Source: an uncultured Candidatus Binatia bacterium (GTDB lineage Bacteria; Desulfobacterota; Binatia; UBA9968; JAJDTQ01). From it: a stretch of 64,000 nucleotides of DNA. Under the pieces are notes generated by a model. It did not search any database, was not told the DNA's origin, and was given only the letters and a program-made list of their open reading frames with translations. Positions within the stretch are counted from its first letter, which is position 1. Every line of letters starts with the position of its first letter. Made by a program: the position numbers and the translations under genes. This document shows, piece after piece, positions 28,750 to 38,432 of this stretch. The stretch lies in the NCBI GenBank assembly GCA_964291295.2, contig OZ219754.1, positions 1,088,001-1,152,000 on the forward strand, in the 5' to 3' direction.

Positions 28750-30303
28750 ATGACGGCGCCGCGACTCGAACTGCCGCACCCCTACAACGCCGCCACCACT
28801 TTCGTCGACGACAACGTCGCCGCCGGCCGCGGCGGGCGCACCGCCATCCTGCACGAGGACGAGCACTACACCTACCGGCAGGTCCAGGAGGCGGTCAACC
28901 GGGCGGGAAACGCGTTCCGGAGCCTTGGCCTGGACACCGAGCAACGCGTGTTGCTGGTGCTGCCCGACTGTCCGCCGTTCGCCTTCAGCTTCTTCGGTGC
29001 CATCAAGATGGGCGCCGTCCCCATCCCGGTGAATCCCTGGATGAAGGCCGGGGACTACGAGTACCTCCTGAACGACAGCCGGGCCCGCATCGTGGTGGTG
29101 CACGAGTCGGCGTTGCCCGAGATCGAGGCCATTCGCAAGCGGCCGCGCTACCTGCGCCACGTGGTGGTGGTGGGAACCGCCAGCGGCGAGACCACGGCGT
29201 GGGACGCCCTGCTGGAAGGCCAGTCCACGGAACTCGAGGCGGAGCCCACCGGGCGCGACGACGTCGTCATGTGGAACTACACCTCGGGCAGCACCGGCGA
29301 CCCCAAGGGCGCGGTCCATCTCCATCACGACATGGTCACCATCACGGACCTTTTCGTGAAGCCCGTGCTGGGCATGACCGAGGACGATATCTGCTTCTCC
29401 GCCTCCAAGCTGTTCTTTTCCTACGGGCTGGGCAATTCCCTTTACTTTCCCTTCCGGTTCGGTGCCGCCGGTGTGTTGTGGCCCGAGAAGCCGGACCCGG
29501 AAAGAATCCTCCGGACCATCGAGCGGTACCGTCCGACTTTCTTCTTTTCGGTGCCGACGCTCTACGCCCGCATGCTGCGGGTGGAGCGGGACTACGATCT
29601 CAGTTCGCTCAGGATCTGCCTGTCCTCCGGCGAGCCGCTGCCGCCCGCGCTGTTCCACCAGTGGCGGGACCGGGTCGGCGTGGAGCTGCTGGACGTGGTA
29701 GGTTCCACCGAGGCGACCCACGACTTCCTGGCCAACCGTCCGGGGCGGGCCAGGGCGGGAAGCAGCGGTGAGGTGACCCCGGCGTTCGTGGCCAAGGTGG
29801 TGGACGACGAGGGGCGCGAGTTGCCCGACGGCGAGGTGGGGAACCTCTACGTCAGCGGCGACGCCACCGCGCCCTGCTACTGGAACAAGCATGAACAGAG
29901 CCAGCGCACCATGCTCGGGGAGTGGCTCAGGACCGGCGATACCTACTACCAGGACGGCGACGGCTATTTCTGGTACTGTGGCCGTTCCGACGACATGCTC
30001 AAGGTGGGCGGCCTGTGGGTCTCCCCCATCGAGGTGGAGAACGCGCTGATGGAGCATCCCGCGGTGTTGGAGGCGGCGGTGACGGGGGCGGCCGACGGCG
30101 ACGGTCTTGTGAAGCCCAAGGCCTACGTCATCCTCAAGAACGGACACCAGGGCGTCGACGAGCTGGCCGACGAATTGCAGGACTTCGTCAAGGGCAGCCT
30201 GGAGCCCTACAAGTACCCGCGCTGGGTCGAGTTCGTGGACGATCTGCCCAAGACCGTCACCGGCAAGATACAGCGGTTCAGGCTCAGGGAACGGAACGGA
30301 TGA
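28750..30303 (+). CDS. benzoate-CoA ligase family aryl-CoA ligase
   Basis: YTSGSTGDPKG, KLFFSYGLGN, GSTE, TGD, GRSDDMLKVGG.WVSP and TGKIQRF motifs; start ATG 28750. Confidence 0.92.
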   Translation: MTAPRLELPHPYNAATTFVDDNVAAGRGGRTAILHEDEHYTYRQVQEAVNRAGNAFRSLGLDTEQRVLLVLPDCPPFAFSFFGAIKMGAVPIPVNPWMKAGDYEYLLNDSRARIVVVHESALPEIEAIRKRPRYLRHVVVVGTASGETTAWDALLEGQSTELEAEPTGRDDVVMWNYTSGSTGDPKGAVHLHHDMVTITDLFVKPVLGMTEDDICFSASKLFFSYGLGNSLYFPFRFGAAGVLWPEKPDPERILRTIERYRPTFFFSVPTLYARMLRVERDYDLSSLRICLSSGEPLPPALFHQWRDRVGVELLDVVGSTEATHDFLANRPGRARAGSSGEVTPAFVAKVVDDEGRELPDGEVGNLYVSGDATAPCYWNKHEQSQRTMLGEWLRTGDTYYQDGDGYFWYCGRSDDMLKVGGLWVSPIEVENALMEHPAVLEAAVTGAADGDGLVKPKAYVILKNGHQGVDELADELQDFVKGSLEPYKYPRWVEFVDDLPKTVTGKIQRFRLRERNG

Positions 30304-31049
30304 CCGCGCCTTCGGCGGAGCCGGTCACCGGACCGAACGGGGGGTTCATGGACGACTTGGCAGCGCTGCGAGACAAGGTGGCCATCTCGTGCAACATCCT
30401 GGCCATCGGTGGCCACTGGGACAACATCCTGGGGCATGTGTCGGCCCGGGCGCCGGGCGAGAACGCCATGCTGATGAAGCCCCACAGCTACGGGTTCGAG
30501 GAGATCCGGCCGTACCACATCATCAAGGTGGATTTCGACGGCAACAAGATCGAGGGCGACTACGAGCGTCACTCCGAAGTGTTCATCCACACGGAGATCT
30601 ACAAGGCGCGCCCGGACGTGAACTGCGTGATCCACAGCCACCCGCCCTTCACCACCGCCTTCGCCTCCTTGAGGCAGCGGCTGCGGCCGGTAAGCCACGA
30701 GGGCTCGATCTTCCACGACGGGCTGCCGCTGTTCGACGACACCACGGTCCTGATCCGCAGTCCGGAGCTGGGCGTGAAGCTCGCCAACAGTCTGGCCCTG
30801 GCCCGCGGCGTGCTGATGAAGAACCACGGCTCCACGGTGGTGGCCGAGTCGGTGGAGACCGCCACCCTGTACGCGATATTCCTGGAGAAGGCATGTCGCA
30901 TCCAACTCCTGGCCAGCGCGTCGGGAGACCCGGCCTGGAGCAGCGACGACGAGGCGCGCGAGAAATACGACCAGATCTACACCCCCCACCGGTTGGGCAG
31001 CATGTGGGACTACTTCGTGCGGCGGGCGCGGCGGCTCGCCATCGACTGA
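30300..31049 (+). CDS. class II aldolase/adducin family protein
   Basis: GHVSAR, SEVFIH.EIY.ARPDV..VIHSHPP and MKNHG zinc ligands; ATGA overlap with the ligase stop. Confidence 0.92.
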   Translation: MTAPSAEPVTGPNGGFMDDLAALRDKVAISCNILAIGGHWDNILGHVSARAPGENAMLMKPHSYGFEEIRPYHIIKVDFDGNKIEGDYERHSEVFIHTEIYKARPDVNCVIHSHPPFTTAFASLRQRLRPVSHEGSIFHDGLPLFDDTTVLIRSPELGVKLANSLALARGVLMKNHGSTVVAESVETATLYAIFLEKACRIQLLASASGDPAWSSDDEAREKYDQIYTPHRLGSMWDYFVRRARRLAID

Positions 31050-31116
31050 AGAACGGACCGCTCGCCGCGCCCGAAGTTCCGGCTGTTCGGGGGCGCGGAC
31101 CCTGGAGGACAAGGAA

Positions 31117-32115
31117 ATGGCCGAGAAACTCCATCTGACACTGGCCTGCGGCGACTACGAGAGCATCCGCGCCCTCAAGGAAGGGGTGGTGCGGCCGGAC
31201 GGCATCGAGCTCACCGTGCTCACGGATATGGACTCGTCCACCCGCCACTGGCGCGTGGCGCGATTTCGCGAGTTCGACGTGGCCGAACAGTCGGGTTCGT
31301 CCTATCTGCTGGCCAAGGACCGGGGCGAGGCCGACGACCTGACGGCCATCCCGGTGTTCCTGCACCGCCGGTTCCGGCACGGCTTCATCTTCGTCAACGC
31401 GGACAAGGGCATCCGGGAGCCCGGGGATCTCAAGGGCCGGACCGTGGGGCTCAAGAACTGGCAGGCCACGGCGCTGGTGTGGATCCGCGGCATCCTGCAG
31501 GACGAGTACGGCGTCTCCTTCAGCGACGTGGAATGGCGCGCCGAAAAGGAGGAGGACGTGCCGTTCGATCCGCCCGAAGGCCTGCGGATGGAGCGCCTTC
31601 CCAAGGGAAAGCGGGTGGAGACGATGCTCGCCGAGGGCGAGCTGGACGCGGTCATCCACCCGGACATCCTCGGGCCGGTCCTGGACGGCGACCCCCGGAT
31701 CCGGCGGCTCTTCGACGATCCCAAGCGGGTGGAGCTGGACTATTACCGGCGCACGGGCATCTTCCCGATCATGCACACCACGGTCATCAGGCAGGAGATC
31801 GTGGACCGGCACCCGTGGGTGCCCATGAACATGATGGTGGCCTTCGAGAAGTCCAAGCAGGAGGCCTACCGGAGGATGGACAACCCCCGGGTGGTGCCGC
31901 TGGCGTTCTTTCGCGACTCCTGGGAGGAACAGTTCGAGCTGCTCGGTCCGGACCCCTGGGTCTACGGACTCAACGATACGAACCGCAACAACTTCGGCAC
32001 GTTGGCGCGTTATTCCCGGGAGCAGGGCATGATCGGGAAGGAGCCGGACGTGGACGGGCTGTTCCACGAGACGGTGCGCGGCGAGGAGTGGAAGCTGGCG
32101 CGCTCGCGCGGGTGA
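31117..32115 (+). CDS. 4,5-dihydroxyphthalate decarboxylase-like / SBP-fold protein
   Basis: LTLACGDY, FDVAE.S, AIPVFLHRRFRH, TGIFPIMH and DPWVYGL motifs. Confidence 0.88.
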   Translation: MAEKLHLTLACGDYESIRALKEGVVRPDGIELTVLTDMDSSTRHWRVARFREFDVAEQSGSSYLLAKDRGEADDLTAIPVFLHRRFRHGFIFVNADKGIREPGDLKGRTVGLKNWQATALVWIRGILQDEYGVSFSDVEWRAEKEEDVPFDPPEGLRMERLPKGKRVETMLAEGELDAVIHPDILGPVLDGDPRIRRLFDDPKRVELDYYRRTGIFPIMHTTVIRQEIVDRHPWVPMNMMVAFEKSKQEAYRRMDNPRVVPLAFFRDSWEEQFELLGPDPWVYGLNDTNRNNFGTLARYSREQGMIGKEPDVDGLFHETVRGEEWKLARSRG

Positions 32116-32142
32116 CGGCAGGCGAGCGGCGGGAGACGGGCC

Positions 32143-33006
32143 ATGAGCGAAGCGGGAAAGGGCCTTGCGGAACGGGCGACGCGGGAGTTGGCGCGGGTCG
32201 CGGCGGTGTTTGCCGCCGGCGAGGCGGAGATTGCCGACGCCTACTTCTCCTGGGACCAGCGGGACCGCGGCAAGGAGGTCATCTGGCTCACCCGACAGGC
32301 GGGCCGGGAGATCGAGAGCACTTTCACGGGCCTCAAGGAGATCGTCGACAAGGTGGGCGGCGACCTGGCGAGCCCGGGCCAGTACTGGGTGGACCGGTGG
32401 GGCGGCGACGTGGACCGGAACTGGCTCGAGGAGAATCTCTTTCGGACCAGGCAGGAGCTCAACCACGGCAACCGCTGCGTCGATATCATCGAATGGCTCA
32501 CCGGCGAGCCGCTGGACATCAAGGATGTGGTGCGCCGCTACAACCGCTGGAACCCCGATCCGTCGCTGCCCGACATGACGGAATGGGTGCGGCTGGCCCA
32601 GGTGTTCCGGGAGCAGGAGGCGCGGACGGAGCCCTGGGCGCGTCTCATCAACTCCCAGGGGCTGCTCGAGGGCGGCAGCTGCGGGCTTTTCTACGCCGCG
32701 TCCCGGTTGAGCGGCAGCGAGCTCAACGACCGGCTGGCCGAGGCCTTCACGGTGGTGCTCGACGATGAGCGCGGCCACGGGCCGGCCAACATCTACCGGA
32801 TCGCCGGTGCTTTCACCACCCGGGAGGCCGTGGAGGGAGCCCGGGGACTGATGGTGGAACGGGGCATCCAGCGTCTGCGCATGCGCAACGAGCAGTTCAG
32901 CCATCCCGTCGGCGAGGACCGCATCCAGAAAATCGCCGCCGGCGACATCAGCCTCGAGGTCACCCGGGCGATCTGGGGCGAGACCTTGGCGCGGTTCATC
33001 GACTGA
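32143..33006 (+). CDS. uncharacterised ferritin-like di-iron carboxylate protein
   Basis: Helical 287 aa protein with ligand spacing E(REIE)...ExxH(ELNH)...E(LEGG)...DExxH(DERGH). Confidence 0.65.
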   Translation: MSEAGKGLAERATRELARVAAVFAAGEAEIADAYFSWDQRDRGKEVIWLTRQAGREIESTFTGLKEIVDKVGGDLASPGQYWVDRWGGDVDRNWLEENLFRTRQELNHGNRCVDIIEWLTGEPLDIKDVVRRYNRWNPDPSLPDMTEWVRLAQVFREQEARTEPWARLINSQGLLEGGSCGLFYAASRLSGSELNDRLAEAFTVVLDDERGHGPANIYRIAGAFTTREAVEGARGLMVERGIQRLRMRNEQFSHPVGEDRIQKIAAGDISLEVTRAIWGETLARFID

Positions 33007-33034
33007 ACGCGCTTGGGTCGAGGAAACCCCGTCA

Positions 33035-33817
33035 GTGGCGCCCGGCATCGAATTCGAATCCAGGGACGGCATCGCCTTCATCACGCTGAACCGGCCCGAG
33101 CGGCTCAACGCCATCAACGAGGAGATGTGGGCGGCGTTGGGGCGCGTGTGGGATGCGTTCGCGGCGGATTCGACGCTGCGGGCGGCGGTCGTCCACGGCG
33201 CCGGCGGCCGGGCGTTCTCCACCGGCATGGACCTGAAGGAGCGGGCGGCGGCGGGCGACCCGCGGGCGCGGGAGTTCTGGACCTCGGCCCTGGCCCGCGA
33301 CCCGGGGCGCCGGGAGCCCGTGTGGAAGCCCATGATCGCCGCCGTGCATGGATACTGCCTGGCCGGCGGCTTCGAGATCGCGCTCTCCTGCGACATTCGC
33401 CTCTGCAGCGAGGACGCCAGCTTCGGGTTCCCCGAGATCAAGCGCGGCTTCTTCCCCGGCAGTTCGGGCACCGTGCGGCTGCCCCGCATCGCGCCGCTGG
33501 GCATGGCCCTGGAGATGCTCTACACCGGCGAGTCCATTTCCGCCGCCGAAGCCCTCCGGTGTGGTTTGGTGAACCGGGTCGTGCCGCGGGACAAGCTGAT
33601 GGCCGAGGCCGAGCGGCTCGCCCGCGCCATCGCCGACGGCCCGCCGCTGGCCTTGCAGGCGGTCAAGGAGGTGGTGTTGCGGGGTCTCGACCTGCCGCTG
33701 GCCGACGCCGTCCGCTTCGAGGCCGGGTTCCGCGCCATGGTGGGCGGCACCGAGGACGCCCGCGAGGGTCCCCGGGCCTTCAGCGAGAAGCGCAAGCCCC
33801 GGTACGAGGGGCGCTGA
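33035..33817 (+). CDS. enoyl-CoA hydratase/isomerase (crotonase)
   Basis: LNRPERLNA, AFSTGMDL, GGFEIALSCD and FPEIKRG (both catalytic Glu present); C-terminal FSEKRKP. Confidence 0.94.
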   Translation: MAPGIEFESRDGIAFITLNRPERLNAINEEMWAALGRVWDAFAADSTLRAAVVHGAGGRAFSTGMDLKERAAAGDPRAREFWTSALARDPGRREPVWKPMIAAVHGYCLAGGFEIALSCDIRLCSEDASFGFPEIKRGFFPGSSGTVRLPRIAPLGMALEMLYTGESISAAEALRCGLVNRVVPRDKLMAEAERLARAIADGPPLALQAVKEVVLRGLDLPLADAVRFEAGFRAMVGGTEDAREGPRAFSEKRKPRYEGR

Positions 33818-33879
33818 CGGCAGGGTCCCCTCATCCCGCCCCGGTGCCGGGAAGGGCGGGGGAGCCTGGAGAATGCAGG

Positions 33880-35508
33880 ATGTACCAGGATCTCAGGGAG
33901 TACCTCGAACTGCTGGACCGGCACGGGCTCCTGATGCGTGTGGCGGCCCCGGTGGACAAGGACACCGAACTGCACCCGCTGGTGCGCTGGCAGTTCCTGG
34001 GCCTGCCGGATCATCAGCGCAAGGCGTTCCTGTTCGAGAATGTGGTGGATGCCAGGGGCCGGCGTTACGAGACTCCCGTGGTGCTCGGGGCACTGGCGTC
34101 CAACGAGGCCGTCTACGCCCTGGGCATGGGCTGCGAGCCGGGCAGGAGTTTCGAGAAATGGGCCGCCGCGGTGGCCGCGCCGCTGGCGCCGGAGCTGGTG
34201 GACAGCGGTCCGGTCCGGGAGGAGATCCACGTCGGCGACGGCCTCCTGGAGCATGGCGGCCTGGACGAGTTCCCGGTGCCCATCTCGACGCCGGGTTTCG
34301 ACAACGGGCCTTACCTGACCGCGTGTCACTGGATCACCAAGGATCCGGACACCGGCATCCGCAACGTCGGCAACTACCGCGGCCAGATCAAGTCCCCCAC
34401 CCGGACCGGCATCTACCTGATCAGCCCGCAGCAGGATCTTGCCATCCACTGGAACAAAGCCAGCGCCCTGGGGCGGCCGCTGCCCGCCGCCGGGGTCATC
34501 GGCGCGGTACCGTGCCTCTCCTACGTGGCGGTGCAGAAGATCGCCTACGGAGTAGACGAACTGGGCGTGGCCGGCGCCATTCTGGGCCGCCCGCTGCCCA
34601 TGGTCAAATGCGAGACCGTGGACCTGGAAGTGCCGGCGCATGCGGAGATCGTCATCGAAGGCTACATCCGTACGGACCGGCTTGAGCCCGAGGGCCCCTT
34701 CGGCGAGTCCCACGGCTACATGGATCCGCGCAGCCTGAGTCCGGTGTTCGAGGTGACCTGCATCACCCACCGCCGGAACCCGCACTACGTGGGAGTGCTG
34801 AGCCAGGTGACGCCCAGCGAGAGCAGCAAGATCAAGCATCGCGGCTGGGAGTCACTGGTGCTGGACCACCTGCGCAACCACTGCAATCTCCACAGCGTGG
34901 TCCGGGTGGGCATGCACGAGCCCCTGGTGAACCTGCGCCAGTTCGTGGTCGTGCAGATGCGCAAGACCCACAAGCTGGAGCCCTGGCAGGCGATGATGGC
35001 GGTGCTGGGGTTCCGCTACGACCTCGGCAAGGTGGTGATCGCGGTGGACGACGATATCGACCCGGAGAACTTCGCGGCGGTCAACTGGGCCATCTGCCAC
35101 CGCTCGCAGCCCCACCGGGACGTGCGCATCATCGAAGGACGACAGACCGTGCACTCGCCCATCAACTTGGTGCGCATGCACGGCCACGCCGGCGACTACG
35201 ACAGCGAGGACTCCGCGCTGCTCATCGACGCCACCCGGAAGGCCGGGTTTCCGCCGGTGTCGCTGCCCTCCCGGGAATACATGGAGCGGGCGCGGAAGCT
35301 GTGGCAGGAACTGGGGCTGCCGGAGCTCCGCCACGGCACCCCGTGGCACGGCTATTCCCTGGGCCTGTGGCCGGCGGCACTCGACGACGAGGCGGCCTTG
35401 GCGGTGAAGGGAGAGTACCACCGCATCGGCGCCAGGCTGGACGAGCAGGCCGTGCCGGTGGCGCGCGGCGAGCGGCTCCAGGACGTGCAAAAGCGGTGGA
35501 AGCCCTGA
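33880..35508 (+). CDS. UbiD family (prFMN-dependent) decarboxylase
   Basis: YQDLREYL, KAFLFENV, RNVGNYR, EGPFGE, VDDDID and LIDATRK motifs; start ATG 33880. Confidence 0.93.
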   Translation: MYQDLREYLELLDRHGLLMRVAAPVDKDTELHPLVRWQFLGLPDHQRKAFLFENVVDARGRRYETPVVLGALASNEAVYALGMGCEPGRSFEKWAAAVAAPLAPELVDSGPVREEIHVGDGLLEHGGLDEFPVPISTPGFDNGPYLTACHWITKDPDTGIRNVGNYRGQIKSPTRTGIYLISPQQDLAIHWNKASALGRPLPAAGVIGAVPCLSYVAVQKIAYGVDELGVAGAILGRPLPMVKCETVDLEVPAHAEIVIEGYIRTDRLEPEGPFGESHGYMDPRSLSPVFEVTCITHRRNPHYVGVLSQVTPSESSKIKHRGWESLVLDHLRNHCNLHSVVRVGMHEPLVNLRQFVVVQMRKTHKLEPWQAMMAVLGFRYDLGKVVIAVDDDIDPENFAAVNWAICHRSQPHRDVRIIEGRQTVHSPINLVRMHGHAGDYDSEDSALLIDATRKAGFPPVSLPSREYMERARKLWQELGLPELRHGTPWHGYSLGLWPAALDDEAALAVKGEYHRIGARLDEQAVPVARGERLQDVQKRWKP

Positions 35509-35537
35509 TCCCGTCCGCTTGAAAGGCGCCGCGCGCA

Positions 35538-36287
35538 ATGGAGATCGACGCCACCCGGATCCTGGTGGCCGCGGCCATCTTCTTCGCGGGTTTCGTCAAG
35601 GGTGCTACCGGCATGGGGTTCCCTCTCATCGCCACCCCCATGCTCACCCTGCTGCTCGACATCCGCACGACCATCGTCGTGCTGTTCCTCCCCAGCGTGG
35701 TGATGGACCTGGGTCAGCTGTTCCGCCGCGGCATGCCCGGCGCCATCCTCCGGCGTTTCTCGTCCATGTTCCTGTCCGCGCTGGCGGGGGTCTTCCTCGG
35801 GACCTGGGAGCTGACCCAGTTGCCCCTGTGGGCGCTCAATCTCATTCTGGGAACGGTGGTGGTCCTCTTCGCCGGGGTCGGACTGTTGTCGTTCAACTTC
35901 ACCGCACCGCCGCGGGCGGAGCGGCTGTTGTCGCCGGTGATGGGGTTCGCGGGCGGGTTCTGCCTCGGTTTGACCAACGCCATGGGACCGGTCATGGCGC
36001 TCTACTTCCACGCCCTCCGGCTCGACAAGGGTGACTTCGTGAAGGCCATCTCCACCGCCTTCATCATGGCCAAGTTCTGGCAGGTGATCGCCCTCTCCAC
36101 CTGGGGCCTGTTCACCGTCGAGGCGGTGAAGCTGTCGGTGCTCGTCACCGGGTTCATCCTGGTGAGTTTCTGGCTCGGCCTGCGGATTCAGGACCGCGTC
36201 CCCCAGAGGGCTTTCAACCGCGCCGTCCTCGTGTTGCTGGTCGTTGCCGGGCTGACGCTGATGTACCGCGCCCTGAACGCGGGGTGA
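35538..36287 (+). CDS. TauE/SafE family exporter
   Basis: AGFVKGATGMGFPL and GLTNAMGP motifs; about 8 TM helices. Confidence 0.9.
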   Translation: MEIDATRILVAAAIFFAGFVKGATGMGFPLIATPMLTLLLDIRTTIVVLFLPSVVMDLGQLFRRGMPGAILRRFSSMFLSALAGVFLGTWELTQLPLWALNLILGTVVVLFAGVGLLSFNFTAPPRAERLLSPVMGFAGGFCLGLTNAMGPVMALYFHALRLDKGDFVKAISTAFIMAKFWQVIALSTWGLFTVEAVKLSVLVTGFILVSFWLGLRIQDRVPQRAFNRAVLVLLVVAGLTLMYRALNAG

Positions 36288-36330
36288 CGGCCGATGCGGG
36301 CGGCGGCCCGATGCAACGGATCGGGTACAC

Positions 36331-36397
36331 CGCGACCGCTGGATCGACTGGAGTGAGGAGTTGCGGTTTCAGCGCCTGTACCTGATCGCGCCAACAG
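36331..36397 (+). pseudogene. tiny remnant of DUF4338 (Druantia DruA-like / ISAs1-associated) domain
   Basis: Translates RDRWIDWSEELRFQRLYLIA, resembling the RDxWIGW...RLHLIANN core of DUF4338. Confidence 0.5.
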
Positions 36398-36417
36398 TAT
36401 TGAGGCTAAATCGGAGA

Positions 36418-37411
36418 TCACACCGGCGCAGGACCAGACGCTCCCGGGTCCGGCTGAGCGATACCGACTTGAACGGCTGGCATCGGAGCGACGACATGGT
36501 GTTTGATAAAAGCACGCCCCGTGTGGTTCTCGACGATCTTGGCCGCGGCTGTGCCGGCAAACGTATGCGTCGTTGCGTGGAACACGGACAACGCCAAGTC
36601 TTGGAGAACGGGATCGTCTTCCAGCCGGACTACCGTCAGTTGCCGTTCCTCGATTTCGGTTCGGGGAATATGCCTTGAATGGCTCTTGAAGTTCCCGTGA
36701 CCTGAAAGCCATTCGGAGACCGATTCAGCACTCTTCGAGCGATCCTCCCTGTCCGCGAACATATATGTTTCAAGCCATGTCTTCACCAACTCCCTGGCCA
36801 TGTCCAGAGCCAACTCGCATTGGACCAGGAGGTCTGGTCCGTACTGGTCCAGCATCGGCAGCCAAGCCGAGAGCTTTGCCGGGTCGGCGCATTCCCGCTG
36901 CGCCCGGTCGAACTGATCCAGCACCGCCTGAGCGGGAACCGCTCTCATCCCCAAGGATGTCTGCAGCAAGATCTGGGGATCTGTCGGGCCGAGGAACGAA
37001 TGTTTGCCGAGGACAATCTCGTCGGCGGCGCAAGCGATCATCGTCGCCGCCGACATTGCGAGTTGTGGCACGATCACCCGAATGTTCGAGAAGCGTTGCC
37101 TCAGATAGGAGACAACCGCCTCTGCTGACACCGGTGCGCCGCCCGGGCTGTGCAGGATCAGGTCCAGACGACTGCCCTCCAGCCCGTGGCTTACCTCCAT
37201 CAACGCCTGAATGTCTTCGTCAGTGATCGAAACAAGGCTCGGCGGTGCTTCGTTTTTCTGAAGCCAACCGGAAGAGTAAAGGATGGTGGCATTGCCGGTG
37301 TGCTGATGGAGTGCGGCCAAGTACTTCCGGCGAACCCTGTCGAAATTCGGCGGCCCCCCCCTGTTCGCCGGTGCGGGCCAACTCAGCCAGAATCTCGCTC
37401 CAGATCGGCAA
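36418..37411 (-). pseudogene. SDH family ClpP-class serine protease, frameshifted at a G8 tract
   Basis: TTG start with RBS gives MPIWSEILAEL...EQGG; the body (PPNFDRVRRKYL, LDLILHSPGG, AMSAATMIA, LGPTDPQ, KSHSRHI) is in another frame. Removing one G at 37354-37361 joins them. Confidence 0.85.
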
Positions 37412-37436
37412 TCTAAGGTTCCCTCTGTTGTTCCGG

Positions 37437-37649
37437 TCAGCGGGTGTCCGACGAATTCGTCGTCATAGTCCGCGCGGGCCTCTTCGTGGCCGATCTGTAT
37501 ATGTCGAGAGCCCGGACCTTCTCCTGCCAACTGCCGTAGACAGCCATCACCTCACGAACGCCAGGACGGGCAAGTGCAGCTTCGAGCATATCGGCGTGCT
37601 GCCGCTCGCGTTGTGACGTTGAGTGTTCGCCCGTTTCCTGCTTCTTCAT
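37437..37649 (-). CDS. small hypothetical protein (70 aa) co-oriented upstream of the protease
   Basis: ATG 37649 preceded by GAAGGAAGGGAG; MKKQETG...ALARPGVREVMAVY..W; ends 25 bp before the protease start. Confidence 0.65.
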   Translation of the reverse strand: MKKQETGEHSTSQRERQHADMLEAALARPGVREVMAVYGSWQEKVRALDIYRSATKRPARTMTTNSSDTR

Positions 37650-38380
37650 GCAACTCCCTTCCTTCTCAAGAAGCTTGGCCGTGTCGGAACGACAATAGGC
37701 CATGTTACTCCGACGAGCAAGCCATCGCGTGTCTTCCCCAGTGTTCTGCGTCGCCACCCCGGTAGCCGTAAACTTGCCGAGCGCCCGGCGCAACGCCCAA
37801 GCAAGGCAGTCATTGGACGAGATGACGACCGGATAACCCGTGGCACGTCGCCTGTTGCACTGCTTCCGGTACTTTCCCCAAGCCCGACACACTGGGGGAA
37901 TCATCGGTCTCATGATTTCGAGGCCACCTCAATCCTGTTCGGACCGGGCTTCGATTTGAGCAATTGAGGCAGTCTCTCGTTGTCGTACCAGGATCGCTGC
38001 ATGGCATGCCCCAGAGCGCATAGATGCTCCCGCATTGCAGCTGACACTTTACCATCTCGAGTCGCGGTACCGCCACCTTCCGTAGAGCCGACGGGCTCTC
38101 CCTGCACGTGCGCGAGGCGACGCCTGCCGACCGGCTCCAGCGGGAACTTCACCACGCCCGGGCATCGACTTCGCTCCCGGAGGGGTCCGCAAGACCGTCG
38201 TGCGGCCGATCCGCGAACGCCCACGTGTCGTGCTCCTCGCCGCCCGGGGTAGGCGTAACCATATGAAATCAAGCAAGATTGTGTGGAGCCTGGCAAAGTT
38301 GGGCCAGTCTGTCCCGGCAGACTGGCGACACCGGACAGACACGGAAAAAGTTCCCGGGGTATTGAAAAGCCCGTTATAAT

Positions 38381-38406
38381 TTTCTGAAATTGGTAATTGT
38401 CAGAAA
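38381..38406. other. inverted repeat resembling a tyrosine-recombinase core site
   Basis: TTTCTGAAAT-TGGTAA-TTGTCAGAAA in an AT-rich patch ahead of the repeat gene and the integrase remnant. Confidence 0.45.
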
Positions 38407-38432
38407 CAACGGGCTGCAAGGGAGAGAACGCC

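Noticed and set aside
37690-38350. Several short overlapping ORFs in the island interior
   Set aside because: No recognisable motif, RBS or codon bias; left unannotated.
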